Shown: positions 1 to 12,668 of the stretch, piece by piece
How positions within the stretch are numbered: the stretch's first letter is position 1
How the letters are laid out: each line of letters opens with the position of its first letter
Assembly: GCA_951406725.2 (NCBI GenBank)
Contig: OX597814.1
Location: forward strand, 200,446,001 to 200,510,000
Length of the DNA: 64,000 nucleotides
Source: Octopus vulgaris
Taxonomy: Eukaryota
Reading direction: 5' to 3'
Translations under genes and position numbers: made by a program
The notes under the pieces: model-generated
What the model was told of the DNA's origin: nothing
The model's input: the letters and a program-made list of their open reading frames with translations, nothing else
The model's database searches: none

Positions 1-516
1 AAGGCTGATTGAATGATGTCAGTGTACACACATTTATGCTACATGGCAGTCAAACACAGACACTGACTACAGAGGGAAACTAGATATTAAACATGGAAAC
101 TAGATATTAAATGATGATGATGATTAAATACTTTTGCAGAAATATAGCATGAATACACAAAAATAAAGAAACTGTCTATGCTAGTGAAAACTTATGCATA
201 AACTCAGCATCAGATACTTAAGGCAATCATTTAGATAGATTGTTTAAATTTTAAATGGCTGTGATTATTCTTGTCTCTTTATTTAGAACATAGGTAGAGA
301 CAAATTTTAAAAAGAAAACTGATGAATGTACAGACATGACTGCAGAGTTAAAAAGTTTGTTTTCTAACCAGGTGGTTCCATGTTTCATACCACTGTTTAG
401 CATATTGGGAGGAAGCGTTTCCTACCATAACTGCAGATTGATATATATATATATATTGAGAATCAAATTTAGTAAATGTAAAATGTGTGGGAACTTGTAG
501 AATACACATACACAAA

Positions 517-868
517 GTCATTCAGGAAGGTGTAACATCCAAGGACTGACATAGCAGCATAATTGTTAGCTGCTGCAAGGGTAAGAGTGATACTTTAGAT
601 ACAAGCAATTATAGAGGTATTGAACTCATGGACAAGGTGATGAAAATTACAGAGAGAATTATAGCCTAATTAATTAGGAGTAGAATTAAGCAAGATGAAA
701 TGTAATTTGGCTTTGTCTAGGGAAGAAGTACTACTGACACTATTTTCATAGTCAGGCAATTGCAAGACAAATACTTAGCTAAGAATAATCCATTATATTT
801 GGCATTCATTGATTTACAGAAAGCCTACTGTGTGATATGGTGGGCTCCAAGGAAGCTAGGGATAGACA
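517..868 (+). mobile_element. RTE-clade LINE reverse transcriptase fragment (decayed)
   Basis: Manual translation gives ...CKGKSDTLDTSNYRGIELMDKVMKITERII*LIRSRIKQDEM*FGFV*GRSTTDTIFIVRQLQDKYLAKNNPLYLAFIDLQKAY..., matching the non-LTR RT motifs NYRGI, QFGF..GRST.D.IF and FIDL.KAY, with in-frame stops. Confidence 0.9.
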
Positions 869-2225
869 TTTAAATATACATATGAATTTAGTCCTTCCAA
901 ATTCTGTTATGAATGAGAACCCCAAAAGATTCCACTGTCAAAAACATTCATAAGGATATCTTATTTCTCTCATGCATTTGCTTTTGTTATTCTGATTCTG
1001 TTCAAATCCTATTGGATTTCTTTGGCTTCCAAACATAACATGACAGTGAAGTCATTTGATCACATTACAAAATGAGTGAGTGTGCATATTAAATCTACTC
1101 TTAAATTTATTCATAGTTATTCTTATACAGGATTTTGTTGAGTCAGGTGTTTTAACAGAACACTTACATGCTAACTGTATTAAGACATATATTTCATTGG
1201 CCATGTATTCAAATTGTCTGGACCCCTAATCAGTTACCAATACTATTATAATGTGTTTTATTGAATCCCAGTGTAGCTTCTTGTTAAATATGATAATCTC
1301 ACTGCATTCTTACAAATGATTTTGTGGTAACTATTATAGGGTGAGAAATGTTTAGCTATGAATGTAGCATCTGCCTTGCTGAAGAGTAGTTAGAAGTATG
1401 TTATACGTCTATGTTCATTTCTGTTTTTATAATACCTCATCTCTATTATTAATATAACCTTGTCCACAAATCTACTCCTAAAGCAACATTATAATATACT
1501 GGATAGTCTCAAAAAATTTTCTTGTTTGTAGAAATGGCTAAAATCCTCACGAAAATGCTGGTAAATTGTTTTTGATGTTTCTAGAGTGTTTAAAGGACTT
1601 TACTAATGTCACTTAAAGTTTTGAGTTTATGGAAAGGATAATAGTCCTTTGGAAAGATTAAGAGTAATATCTCAAAAATCAACAGTCTGCTCTATGTGTA
1701 TCTACATCAATATGGAAATGAAAACTGGTAAATTTAAACAGAAATATTTTCCATAATCAATGTCCAACTAAGTTATCACTTTTTACATCAATGCTCACTT
1801 CAATTTTCATATCTTATAAGAACAATGAAATAAGTACCAGACAAAATACTAGGATTGACATAATATAGTAAACACCTTGCATGTGACAACCCAGCATGGC
1901 CACACCCTATAACTGATACATGCGAAATATGCAAAAAAAAAAAGAAAGAAAATAACTGAATATGAACATAGAGATTGAGTTAAATCTGTTTGCATATAAA
2001 AATTTCCAGTATATGAATCTTTCTGATGTTCAAAATTATAGACTCAGCAAGGAAATAATTTTAAAACAACTGCAATAAAAAAAGAAAGAAAACGAAACAA
2101 GTAAATTATTGTTATAGTTACTGTAACAATATGAAATGATAGTTCACAAAGCTTATATTAAAAAATAAAAAATAAACATTCTTTGTTTTGGAAAACTGCC
2201 CCCCACCATTCAATTGTAATTATTT

Positions 2226-2359
2226 CATATAAAAATTTACAAAACACTATTAAATTTAGCAATCAATTCATTCATTAATGTTTTCAAACATTATATAGTT
2301 GCTGTTTCTGACCTGCTGTTTAGTTGCCATAATAACAGGGAAGTGTATTTGTTGTTAAG
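2226..2359 (+). repeat. ~130-bp direct repeat, copy 1 (copy 2 at 4993-5125)
   Basis: aaaacactattaaattt.gcaatcaattcattcattaatg...cattatatagttgctgtttctga...gaagtgtatttgttgttaa is present at both loci with scattered substitutions. Confidence 0.85.
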
Positions 2360-2585
2360 TTTCATTAAGTTTATTGATTTTTAACACCCAAAAATCGATT
2401 TTATACAAGTTTCATTTTATTGCATAGAAAATAGTTTTGGTGCAGTAAAACAAATAACTAAGAATTTGTTTTTATCTTTTAAATTTTTCTTAATTGTTGC
2501 AATTCGTGCACTTGTTTTAGCTATCCTAAATTGTTACAAATCCACAAAACTGTGTAAATTTATTTAATTCTCTTCCAATTTTTAG

Positions 2586-2702
2586 ATCTGGTAGAGTTCA
2601 GGTGCCACTAACTTGTGATTTCTTACATTCAGGATCAATATCAATAAATAAATGAAAAGTCAATACCGCCAGTATACTGGGGTGCAGTTGCAACCTGAGC
2701 AG
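2586..2702 (+). other. Candidate exon (non-coding or 5'UTR/first coding)
   Basis: Acceptor ttctcttccaatttttag| and donor CAG|gtatgt. All three frames contain stops; an internal ATG opens MKSQYRQYTGVQLQPEQ up to the donor. Confidence 0.4.
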
Positions 2703-4186
2703 GTATGTAAGTACTATTCACTATAATAACTTATTGAAAAGGAAATATAAACAACGATTTTGGATATTGTGTATATAAGATAACTGCCAAGAGAGAAAAG
2801 AAAACTGATGTATGCAGAAAATTGTGAACCCTACAACTTGTAAAGAATTTGAAAGGTTTTAATTCTGTTGTCCAAAGTGGATGGAGTAGACAATTGTTTC
2901 CTTAATAGATGCTGTGAGTGTGTCCTTTTGTTATTCATGGAAACATAATTATCACATCTACAGTAGAGATTTCTTCTCTTTCTTCTTTTTATGCAGTTAC
3001 TGTCCATAGGGACAGTGCAGGTTCTAAGTTGTATGTGAATGACAACTAGAAAAGCATGAATAGTAGCATTATCTGTGTAGAAGTAAGCATTAAATAGGGG
3101 TTGATAGAAATCTGGTTATTTAATGTACAGGAGAAAGAGTAGGGGGCAGATAACTGAATCATAGGGTATACCAGACTTGATAGAAAGTACATCTGTAAAA
3201 GCCCCATCAGCACAATTTCTGTTGATGCTGACAAATAGATTCTGATCTGAGAGCCAAGAAACAAATGGAACCAATTGCTTCTCTGCAGTTCAGTATCATA
3301 AAAAAGTTATACACACACAGAAATAATGACTTTAGTACAAAGTGCACAGAATAGCTGAAAGTTTCTGTATTATATAATAGTGATTGTCTTAACATCAATT
3401 TTATCCAAGTGACAGAAAACACTTTTTAAATGATAAAATTCTGAAATAATTAGGAATATTTCAAGCTTTAGCTTGCTGTGTATTGATAAAATTTTGTCAA
3501 ATGGGTTTTATACTTTCTTTAGCAGCCATTCATCACTTAATATATTGTGAAAGGTGTTATCATTCGTTGTTTAATTCATAATCTGACTAACCCAGAGTAT
3601 TTGATAAGTTACAGATTATTTACATCATTTCAGATTCATTACATTTATCTTTCACTTACCAGAGATAAGACTGACATTTTTTTTCTCTATGACTGATAGC
3701 AAATTAATGCTTAACTATGGTGTTAATTGACCTTAATAATTTTCCAAGTTGATTAATTGAAAATTTAATTTTCTGCAAATACTTTTCATCAGCTGAGAAG
3801 ATGAAGGAATTATGGCCAGAAGGCAAGAAAACACTTGCAATTGATATCATCCAAGTAGATTTCAAGCAAAGATGTATTGGAATAAATTTTAACCAGATTG
3901 ATAGAAATAAAACTTCTTTTACTTTCCAATATTTAAATAACATTCTAACATTTCTACTTTACAACTTCTGTTGCTTATTAATATTTTTTCAATTACTACA
4001 TGAGCAAGAAGTTTGGGAGAAAATAGAAAAGTGAAGGTTTAGTTCAGAGATTTCTTTCGACATTTCTTTTAAAATTTAGTAACTGTGGTTGCAAAACAAA
4101 GATTGATTAATACAGACAGCTGGTTGATAGTGATAAATTGAGATTAATTTGATTTCTGTTTTTACTAAACTTCTTTCTTCTCCCAG

Positions 4187-4258
4187 TCCAAGTGTAGCAT
4201 ACAATTCTGGAGAAGCTGATATGAAGACAGAAGTTATATCAGTTGAACAGTAGCCATG
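4187..4258 (+). other. Candidate exon
   Basis: Branch-like tactaaac plus ttctttcttctcccag| acceptor; donor ATG|gtaact. Confidence 0.35.
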
Positions 4259-4634
4259 GTAACTGTGGTAGATAACTTGGTAATAGTAAAGTGCTTTTAT
4301 AAATTAAAGTCTGAAAACATTGCTTCCTACTCCAAGATTTTGCAGCAAACATAAAAAAAAAAGGTTTACATTTTGCTCTGTCTATTTTTTAAGGTATCAG
4401 CTTATGTACTAAAAAGCAAAATGTAATGTAGATAAATTGTTGCAAAGCAGAATTAATATATTTACTTGAGAAGTTGAATGACATGGAGCTTGAAGATAAT
4501 GATTTACTATTCTGGTATGTATTTTGGAGAAGATGATGACTAAACTGAAAGAATACTAGGTTGCCAGCCAGGAGTTCAACAGTATGTGCCTTGCCAGTAC
4601 CATTTTATGTTGTATATGTATTTAATAATACACG

Positions 4635-4760
4635 AAGGCCGATGGCTTGGTGGTTAATTGTGTTGGGCTCATTATCAAAAGTCATAGATTCAATTCTTGA
4701 ACTGAGTGGCTTGTTGTGCCCTTGAGCAAAACACTTTATCCCACTTTGTTCCATCATCCT
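4635..4760 (+). mobile_element. tRNA-derived SINE (family C) 5' part
   Basis: tggcttggtggtt A-box-like, gattcaattc B-box-like, followed by ttgtgcccttgagcaaaacacttt as in the copies at 23591 and 45656. Confidence 0.7.
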
Positions 4761-4992
4761 CCTAGTGCTGGTGCAACCCTCTCTCCCTCATATTCAGGAT
4801 TTTCCTCTGGGTCAAGGGTGGCAAGAGTTGATATCATGTCTTTCACTGTTAGGACTAGATTTGTGGACAAGGTTATTATATTAATAATAGAGATGAGGTA
4901 TTATAGAAACAGAAATGAACATAGATGTATAACATACTTTTAATTACTCTTCAACAAGGCAGATACTACACTCATAACAAGGAATTTTTTGT

Positions 4993-5125
4993 CATATAAA
5001 AAATTTCAAAACACTATTAAATTTGGCAATCAATTCATTCATTAATGTACTCAGACATTATATAGTTGCTGTTTCTGATCCGTTGTTTAGTTACCATAAT
5101 AACATGGAAGTGTATTTGTTGTTAA
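4993..5125 (+). repeat. ~130-bp direct repeat, copy 2
   Basis: Matches 2226-2359. Confidence 0.85.
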
Positions 5126-5945
5126 TGGTAGATGTAACAAACAATACTCATTTGCAAGTCACAGCTGTGGTTAATGACACATGACTATCAGAGCAAATGA
5201 CTAAAAGTAAATTAGAAACATCAGGTGTGAATAATTTACTGCAGTGGATATATTGAAAAATTGACAACTATGAATGCTGAAATGGCCCTGTGGGTGAGGA
5301 AGTTCACTTTACAATAATGTTTGCACTTTAGGCAAATGTCTTCTACCATAAACTTAGGTCAATCAATACTCTGAGTAGAATTTGGTTGATGGAAACTGTG
5401 CAGAACCTTGCTGTGTGTATATATGTGTGCATGCATGTCCTATATTGATGTATTGTGGTGAGGATTATAATCATCAATGAGAAAACTGAAACACTTCATT
5501 TATAAAATGAATGAAGTCCCTTGAGATATTGGTTCTCAACTGATTTACAGACACTCCAGTTTCACTGCTGCTTGATAGAAAAGTGTCAGAAAAGCAGTGC
5601 AACTAGTGTTTGACCAATTGGAAATCTTTACTAAATGATGCTGTTGTTCAAAAGTAGGTTATTAACTACATTATTATTAAGTGAAAGTGTTAATCATTGG
5701 TGTTGCCACTGGTCTTGACAGTAAGTCACTCGAATTAATCATTAGTTGGTGTTGTACGATAACTGACTCAATGATTTGACAGATTAACTAAGGAAGGAAG
5801 TAAGGATTTATGTTAGAGTGAAGTGATAGCATTTCTAATATACAAGAATGATTTCATCAATGATTTGTCTGCAAATTTAGACATGCTAAAGAAAACTGTC
5901 AAAAGATAAAGGAATTTTACTCCTAAAATAAATCAGATATTATTG

Positions 5946-6303
5946 AGGCACAGTTATGGTAGGTTTGGGGTTTAGTCCTACAGTGTGGCATCGAGGGCAA
6001 ATGTCTTCTACTATAGACCTTGGTCAAAGCCTGGTGAGTGAATTTAGCATGCAGAAACTGAAAAGAGCAGATTTTTTTGTATGTGTACATGTATGTGTGT
6101 TGGATTACATTTGCACTTTACAAAACTCACTGTGAGTGGTGGTGATGTTATAACTTCTCCTGTCAACAAATCAAGAATAAATAAGAGACCCCTTACTTAG
6201 AAACAAGTAAGGGTCAGTGACAGGAAGAGCATCTGGCTACAAAAACAATGCTTCAGTTGTACATACAACTAATCTATGCTTGCACAGTAAAAAATGGATG
6301 TAA
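5946..6303 (+). mobile_element. Degenerate family-A SINE with RTE-type tail
   Basis: gggcaaatgtcttctactatag...aaagcc core, (TG)n, then gacaggaagagcatctggc...aaaatggatgtaaaatga tail like 28193-28608. Confidence 0.65.
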
Positions 6304-6394
6304 AATGAACAACAGTTAATATAGTAAATTCATTTGGAGCTGTAAGAAAGATATGAAATTCATCAAACCTGAACGAGAGAGAGAGAGAGAGATA

Positions 6395-6680
6395 CTGGAT
6401 TAATATTAAATTCCTTATGTGGTCTGGCTCTCTATTGGTTATGACGACAAGTGTTCCAGTTGATTCAATCAACAGAACAACCAGCTTGTGAAATTGACAT
6501 GCAAGTGGATGAGTACACCCCCAGATATACATACCTTTACTGTATATCTCAGGGAATTTCAGTGTGACAAGGGGTGGCTCTTCTGAATTACAGGTACAAC
6601 CCATTTTTGCCAGCTAAGCAGACTGGAGCAATGTGAAATAAAGTGATTTGCTCAGCATGCCACCAGGAATCAAACCCAAT
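6395..6680 (-). mobile_element. tRNA-SINE family C
   Basis: Reverse complement resembles 23591-23895 (gactggagcaatgtgaaataaagtg...gctc; caagtggatgagtacacc). Confidence 0.7.
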
Positions 6681-7799
6681 TAGTTAATTAATAAAATAAG
6701 GTTCTACTGTTTTAGTAGAATTGAATTGTTTTGAAAGAAAATAGTGAAGTAAAAATTCTTTCCTGGCATCCGAAAGACCTGACATTGGAACAGATTATAG
6801 AGGCTATACAAATACAGAAAGCAGACTTCCCCTCACTCAAACTCAATGAAGAATGGATGACTTAGCACAGTAATACAAAAATAACTACCATAGAGACATC
6901 ACTCTAAAATCTACCCATTGAGAAAGTTACAGATTTGGTGGTGGAAACTATGCTTGGCGAAATAAAAATATATAAACAAAACAATGAGTGAACATGTTTA
7001 CAGGCCAAAATATAACAATATTTAAACGTTACTACTTTTGAAGAGGCTGGTGGAAAATGAAGACTTCTAAGTATCAATTCAAAGAAAATGTGAAATAATT
7101 CTAGAGAAAAGTAAATAGGTTATTTATGAAATAGTTTGAAATTCTTTGCAAACAATTATATACTTCAACAAATTTTCACATTCATAGCTTAGATAAAACT
7201 TTTTATTGAACATTATCATAGGTTTATGGAAAATAAATTATGTGATAACTAGGTGGATATATTTTTACTAGACTTTATTTCCATAATTTTCTTATTTGGT
7301 ATTGGCAATTTAAAAACTTGCATACTAAATAAATTTTCAGTGTGAAATAGTTTTGAAACCATTAGAAACTAAAAATAAAAAAAAATAATAGTTAAAACAA
7401 TACATATAGTTCAATGGATTTTCGGATGTTTTTATAGAGAAGTTAAAATATCTAGGGAACACTTGTATGAATATATTTCAATTTTATTTATATCACCTCT
7501 GTGTTATAATAAAATTTTGCAAAGATTTTGAAAACCAATATTTTACAGCAAATTGTTCAATGTAATGTTAAACAATATCAAATTAAAAGCAGAACCCATA
7601 TTTTGATAGTCTACCATGTAGATTAGGCTAATTAATTAATGTACATCATGTGAGTGTGTGTGAGAGTATGTGTGTGTACCTTTTAATGTTTATAATTTTG
7701 TTTTTATTCATAATTTATTTGTTTAACTATTTGGTGGCTGTTCTACATTTTGTGTTGCATTTATATATTTTCTTTTAATATTTGGAGGAAATATTTGGT

Positions 7800-7968
7800 T
7801 GGTGTGACATAGCTTTGTATTGAAGTTTGCTTTCACAGCCATGCAGTTTTGGTTTCAGTCATACTGCACAACACTTGAGATAAGTATCTTCTGCTACAGT
7901 GTCGGGTTGACCAAAGCCTTGCAAGTTTGTTTGGTAGATGGAAACTGAAAGAAACCCTATATGTATAT
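7800..7968 (+). mobile_element. Family-A SINE 5' half
   Basis: tttcagtc...gtatcttctgctacag...gaccaaagccttg...ttggtagatggaaactgaaagaaaccc(TA)n. Confidence 0.8.
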
Positions 7969-7971
7969 ATT

Positions 7972-8225
7972 CTTTATTCATTTACTAGTTTCAGTTATTT
8001 GACTGTAGCCATGTTGGAGCACAACCTTGAGGTGTTTTAACTGAATAAATTGACCTCTGGACTTAATTCTTAAGCCTAGTACTTATTCTATTGGTCTCTT
8101 TTGCTGAACCGCTAAGTTATCGGTACCTAAACACACCAACACCGGTTGTCAAGAGGTGACGGAGGGAGACAAGCAGAGACACAAAGACATGCATACGCAC
8201 ACATACACACACACATGCAAATGTA
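7972..8225 (-). mobile_element. Family-A SINE 3' half, inverted relative to the preceding half
   Basis: tttcagttatttgactgtagccatgttggagcac...cctagtacttattctattggtctcttttgctgaaccgctaagtta is the reverse complement of the 3' half of the 34528-34945 copy. Confidence 0.85.
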
Positions 8226-8235
8226 GAGAGAGAGA

Positions 8236-9868
8236 AACTACGGCGAGAAAGGATTCTAAAACCTTCTATGACGGCCTCAAGAAAGTGCATGGTCCTCAAG
8301 AGCACGGTGTTACTCCTATTTTTTCATCGAATAGAGACACTGCTGACGGACAAATATGACATCCTGAAACAATGGAAAGACCACTTTGGAGCCGTGTTGA
8401 ACTCCACCTCAGTCACTAATGATAACGTCATAACGGCTATTCCACAGCACACTGAAATATTGGAAATATCTCTGGAGGCAACCTTCCTGGAAGTGGTGAA
8501 CCCCATTAAACAGATCTCCTCAGGTAAAGCGCCTGGCAGGGATGCTGTCCTGCCTGAAATCTAAAAGCATGGTGGACAGAAGCTTTTCAAGAAATTGCAT
8601 GACCTCTTCATAAATATCTGGAGGGTAGGCTACCACAGTACTTTAAGGATGCCTCAATTCAACATCTTTATAAGAAAAAGGAAACAGAAGTGTCCATGAT
8701 TAGGCAGCAAGCTGGCAGAATCGTTAGCACACCGGGCAAAATGCTTAACGGTATTTCGTCTGCCGCTACATTCTGAGTCCAAATTCCACCGAGGTCGACT
8801 TTGCCTTTCATCCTTTCGGGGTTTATTAAATAAGTACCAGTTACACACTGGGGTTGATTTAATTGACTTAATCCGTTTGTCTGTCCTCTCTGTGTTTACC
8901 CCCTTGTGGGTAGTAAAGAAATAGGTATTTTGTCTGCCGTTACGTTCTGAGTTCAAATTCCACTGAGTTCGACTTTCATCCTTTCAGGGTCGATAAATTA
9001 AGTACCAGTTACACATTGGGGTCGATGTAATCAACTTAATCCCTTTGTCTGACCTTGTTTGTCCCCTCTATGTTTAGCTCCTTGTTGGCAATAATGAAAT
9101 AAGAAGTGTCCATGATAATCATTGTGGGTTATCACTTCTGTCTTTTGCTTGTAAGATTCTTGCTCGACTCATTCTTGACAGGATCATCAAACATGTTGTA
9201 AATGACATCTATCCAGAATCACAGCACAGATTTCGTTCTGGTTGTAGCACTATCAAGATGATCTTTTCTCTCTGTCAGGTCATCAAAGAGGTACAAGAGA
9301 AAAATAAAGAGTTGTTCAAGGTGTTTGTTGACCTTACTAAGGCCTTCAACACTTAACTGGCAAGTATTTTGGAAAGTTCTGAAAAAGCTTGGTATACCTG
9401 AGAAGACGTTGAATGTTATTTCCTTTCATGAAGGAAGGAATCTTGTTGTCATGTCCAGCAGGAAAGTTTTGGCTTCCTTCAATGTTACAAATGGCACAAA
9501 GCAAGGTTGCGTTATGGCCACTGTATTTTTGCACTTTTTTTCAGTGGTGCTGAGGCATGCTTTTGGTGACATACAAAGTGGTGTCAAATTCCAGTTTCGA
9601 ACAAGTAGTGGACTATTCAATCATCAGTGTTTCAAAACCAAAACATTGCTATTCACCAGTACCATTCGTGATCTGTTTTTTGCAGATACTGCATGAGTGA
9701 TGACCTCCTTAGAGGAAGCTCAAGGACTTCTAGACCAGTTTTTTCTTGAATGTAAAGCCTCTGGTTTGACCATCGCCCTACTGCTAATCAAATTCGAGGT
9801 GTCAATCAGAAGCCACCGGTTCACAATTTCCCCGACACTCCTATACAGGTTTATAGGAAAAACCTGAA
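8236..9868 (+). mobile_element. RTE (BovB-like) LINE ORF fragment, decayed, interrupted by a SINE
   Basis: ORF pieces KTFYDGLKKVHGP, ILKQWKDHFGAVLN, SSGKAPGRDAVLPEI, FVDLTKAF, NGTKQGCVMA and IRDLFFADTA form the RTE linker plus RT domain; frameshifts and stops are present. Confidence 0.93.
8701..9101 (+). mobile_element. tRNA-SINE family B, partial dimer, with 15-bp TSD
   Basis: TSD agaagtgtccatgat at 8686-8700 and 9102-9116. Head gctggcagaatcgttagc; central block tttcatcctttc.ggg...aagtaccag occurs twice. Confidence 0.92.
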
Positions 9869-9870
9869 GT

Positions 9871-10179
9871 TTTCGTACAGAGATATAAAAATTCATGCAA
9901 ATTCATGGTTGAATTAAATTAATTATATATCACTATACTCTTCAGTGCAAGAAGTATAAACAAAATTTTTATAAAGGACTTGAGAAAGGAAAAAGCAGAA
10001 TAGGATCTAGGATACGTATTTATCCTTATGAGAAAAAGAGATGCGAGTCCAGTTAGGTATTAACTATAACGAGTTATAGTTAAATTTTGTTCATACTTCT
10101 TGCATTGAAGAGTACAGTGATATATAATTAATTTAATTCAACCATGAATTTGCATGATTTTTATACCTCTGTATGAAAC
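9871..10179. repeat. ~100-bp inverted repeat (arms 9871-9968 and 10082-10179)
   Basis: catgcaaattcatggttgaattaaattaattatatatcact.tactcttca.tgcaagaagtat recurs as its reverse complement with few mismatches; the spacer is about 110 bp. Confidence 0.9.
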
Positions 10180-10507
10180 GATCATCTCCATGAATTAAAA
10201 TTCTCTTATACATTTTAACATCTTCTCTTCTCCATTTTTAGCTAAATTGTTGAGTTTTACGGGATTTCTATTCACAACACATATAATCATTATTATCATA
10301 TTTGTAAATTCACGCCTGTAAACTACCAGCAAAATATGAAGAATCAATATTATAAATCTTTTTTGGAAACCTCCAAATTAAAGGATGAATCTAATTCAAC
10401 CTTTTTACACCCATATATTACAATATATATGCCCTACTCTTGCATGCATGGAAGATTGATGTTAAACGATGATGGTGTGTGTGTGTATATATATACATAC
10501 ATACATA

Positions 10508-11245
10508 TTGAATCATCCCATTAATAAAGCGGTTTTCTCAATTGCATGAACTAAAAGTCGGAGGGGGACAGGATAAACTACCTGCATCAACTTGCTATAA
10601 AAAACAGGTAGTAATTTTACCAAGTACTTATTCTTAGTGCAAGTTTTGAAGAGTGCAGTTTGATTTTATTTTTTCAAAGCTATAATGGAGATGACAAAGG
10701 AGAATATTCAGCATATTTTGCTTTTTGAGTCAGATAAAGGCAACAACACAACAGAAACTGTGAGGAATATTAATGCAGTATATGGGGATTAGACAATAAG
10801 CGTAAGAGTCAAAGATAATTCCAGAAATTCCAAGCCGGAAACTACTGCCTAGAACACAATCCTCATTCAGGAAGATCTGTAGAGCTCAACATGGACATCC
10901 TGCAAACTCTGGTGGAACAAAATCAAATCGTAACCATTGAGGAACTAGCAGAAAAGATTGGATATGGTCATTCAACTAATCATTTAATGTCAATGCTAGA
11001 AGAAAAACAGCCATCTTTGGTTTCAAGATGAAAGGTGTTCTTCCATCAGGACAATGCTTAGCCACATACAGCCAGGATGACTTTCCAAAGGTTGGAGCAG
11101 TTTGAATGGGAAACAATGCCCTACCCACCATATTCACTGGACACTGCTCCATCCGATTATCATTTATTCTGCAGTCTTCAAATTCATTTGGATGGGAAAA
11201 ATATGAATTCTGTAGACGAGGTCAGAACAGCACTGGAGGAGTATT
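10508..11245 (+). mobile_element. Internally deleted mariner transposon, right TIR missing
   Basis: TA followed by the left TIR ttgaatcatccca. ATG at 10685 gives MEMTKENIQHILLFESDKGNNTTETVRNINAVYGD; the C-terminal part is HQDNA*PH...PPYSLDTAPSDYHLF (mariner YSPDLAP motif). Confidence 0.93.
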
Positions 11246-11559
11246 TGGAAGAGCATTGTATTTAACTGCTATTACATGCAGGTTCAGCAACCAAATAGTG
11301 GTTCCCTTTTTGGTACCGAGCCCATTATATATATATCATCAAAATCATCACTTAACATATATGCTGGTATGGATTGGATGGTTTGACAGACTCTAGTGGA
11401 TCAAGGACTGCAGCTTACACCAGACTCTTCTTTGGTGTGGTTTTTATGGTTGCGTTTTCTTCCTAATGCCAACCACTTTACAGCATGTATTTGGTGCTTT
11501 TCTCATACCACCAACTTGCAAGACTACAAACCCTGTGAGAAGTGGCTTTGTGCTAGAAG

Positions 11560-11850
11560 ATGAGGTATCGTACAGTTTTTGCCATGAAACCAAAGAGGCT
11601 CCTTGGCAGATATCCCTCCTGGTAACAACCAATCATTGCCAATACAGTTCCCATGGAAAGATTTTGCATGTGCTCTCTGGATGGGCTGAGATGGTTACAT
11701 CTCAGTGTATTCTTGGCAAAACCAAGGATTGTACAGCATCAAGCCTGGTTGAATTAGCAGCAGACCATAACCAGTGGTTATCTCATAATTCCACCTGATG
11801 AGGCCTACAAACCTAGGTGAATCCCTTTTCTCTGTACCATCTTATGTGTG
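11560..11850 (-). mobile_element. Probable very old LINE endonuclease-region remnant
   Basis: Weak APE-domain resemblance (...AHPESTCK...LVVTRRDI); it adjoins an RTE-type 3' tail at 11335-11500. Confidence 0.35.
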
Positions 11851-12280
11851 AGACCCAACTTTTATAAATTATTGTCTTCTTAACAATGATTTGTTTCAAT
11901 GTCATACTGAACTACACAATAAATCTATAGATTTTGTCAGCACTTTAAATAATAAACACCTGCGTTTACATTTTATATCTCATAAATACTTTACCTTTAA
12001 TTCATGAACATAAAGAGATGAATCAACCAGGTAGGTTTTAGTTTTGCATTGGGATTTTGTCAGTAATCAGGTGCTCTCTTAAACTATCCACAGAAATATA
12101 CATTTATAATGCACTCCTGGTAGCTTGTTTGCTCAATAACATATAAATTAATAGTGTTAACCATTAAATACCAACTCAGAACTGAAACTAGAGTGCTTGA
12201 CTTTTTTTCTGTTTACAAAAATATTATATACAGGTGATAACAGTTGCCTATACTTAGTTTTGAATTTAAAATCTATAGAT

Positions 12281-12668
12281 AGGCACATGTGTAGCTGTGA
12301 AGCTTGCTTTTGAACCATGTTGTCTTGGTTCAATCCTATTGCATGGTTTCTTGTGAAGAGTCTTCTATTAAAGCCCTAGGCTGACCAAAGCTGTGTGAGT
12401 GAACTTGGTAGCTGGAAACCATGAGAAATCCATCGTATATGCAGGTGTGTGTGTGTACCCTTATCTAGATATTAATTGATGGTTGTGAATGAGCAGCATT
12501 GTCATACAAGCAAAGTTTGTTGTCAGTCTTCGGTTTAACAACAGGAATATATTATCTCACTTAGAAACAAGAAGATTGGCAACAAGATAAACCAGTAGTA
12601 GAAAATGTCTCAATAAATTCTGTCCAACCCATGCCAGCATGGAAAAGTAGATGTTAAATGATAATGAT
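12281..12668 (+). mobile_element. Family-A SINE head with RTE-type 3' tail
   Basis: SINE-A core (gctgaccaaagc.gtgagtg..ttggtag) and tail ccaacccatgccagcatggaaaagtagatgttaaatgataatgat. Confidence 0.8.

Noticed and set aside
75-111. Short tandem duplications (also near 19750, 33540, 34085 and 34613) and An-Tn palindromes (16383, 34223, 52770, 62455)
   Set aside because: These are ordinary replication-slippage products.
3050-3420. Possible Penelope RT-thumb remnant on the minus strand
   Set aside because: Only a faint resemblance (LALRSESIC); it cannot be supported without a profile search.
11795-11823. CTGATGA-GGCCTA...TAGGT-GAA hammerhead-like string
   Set aside because: GAAA is incomplete, there is no stem I partner, and it lies within a probable LINE remnant on the other strand.
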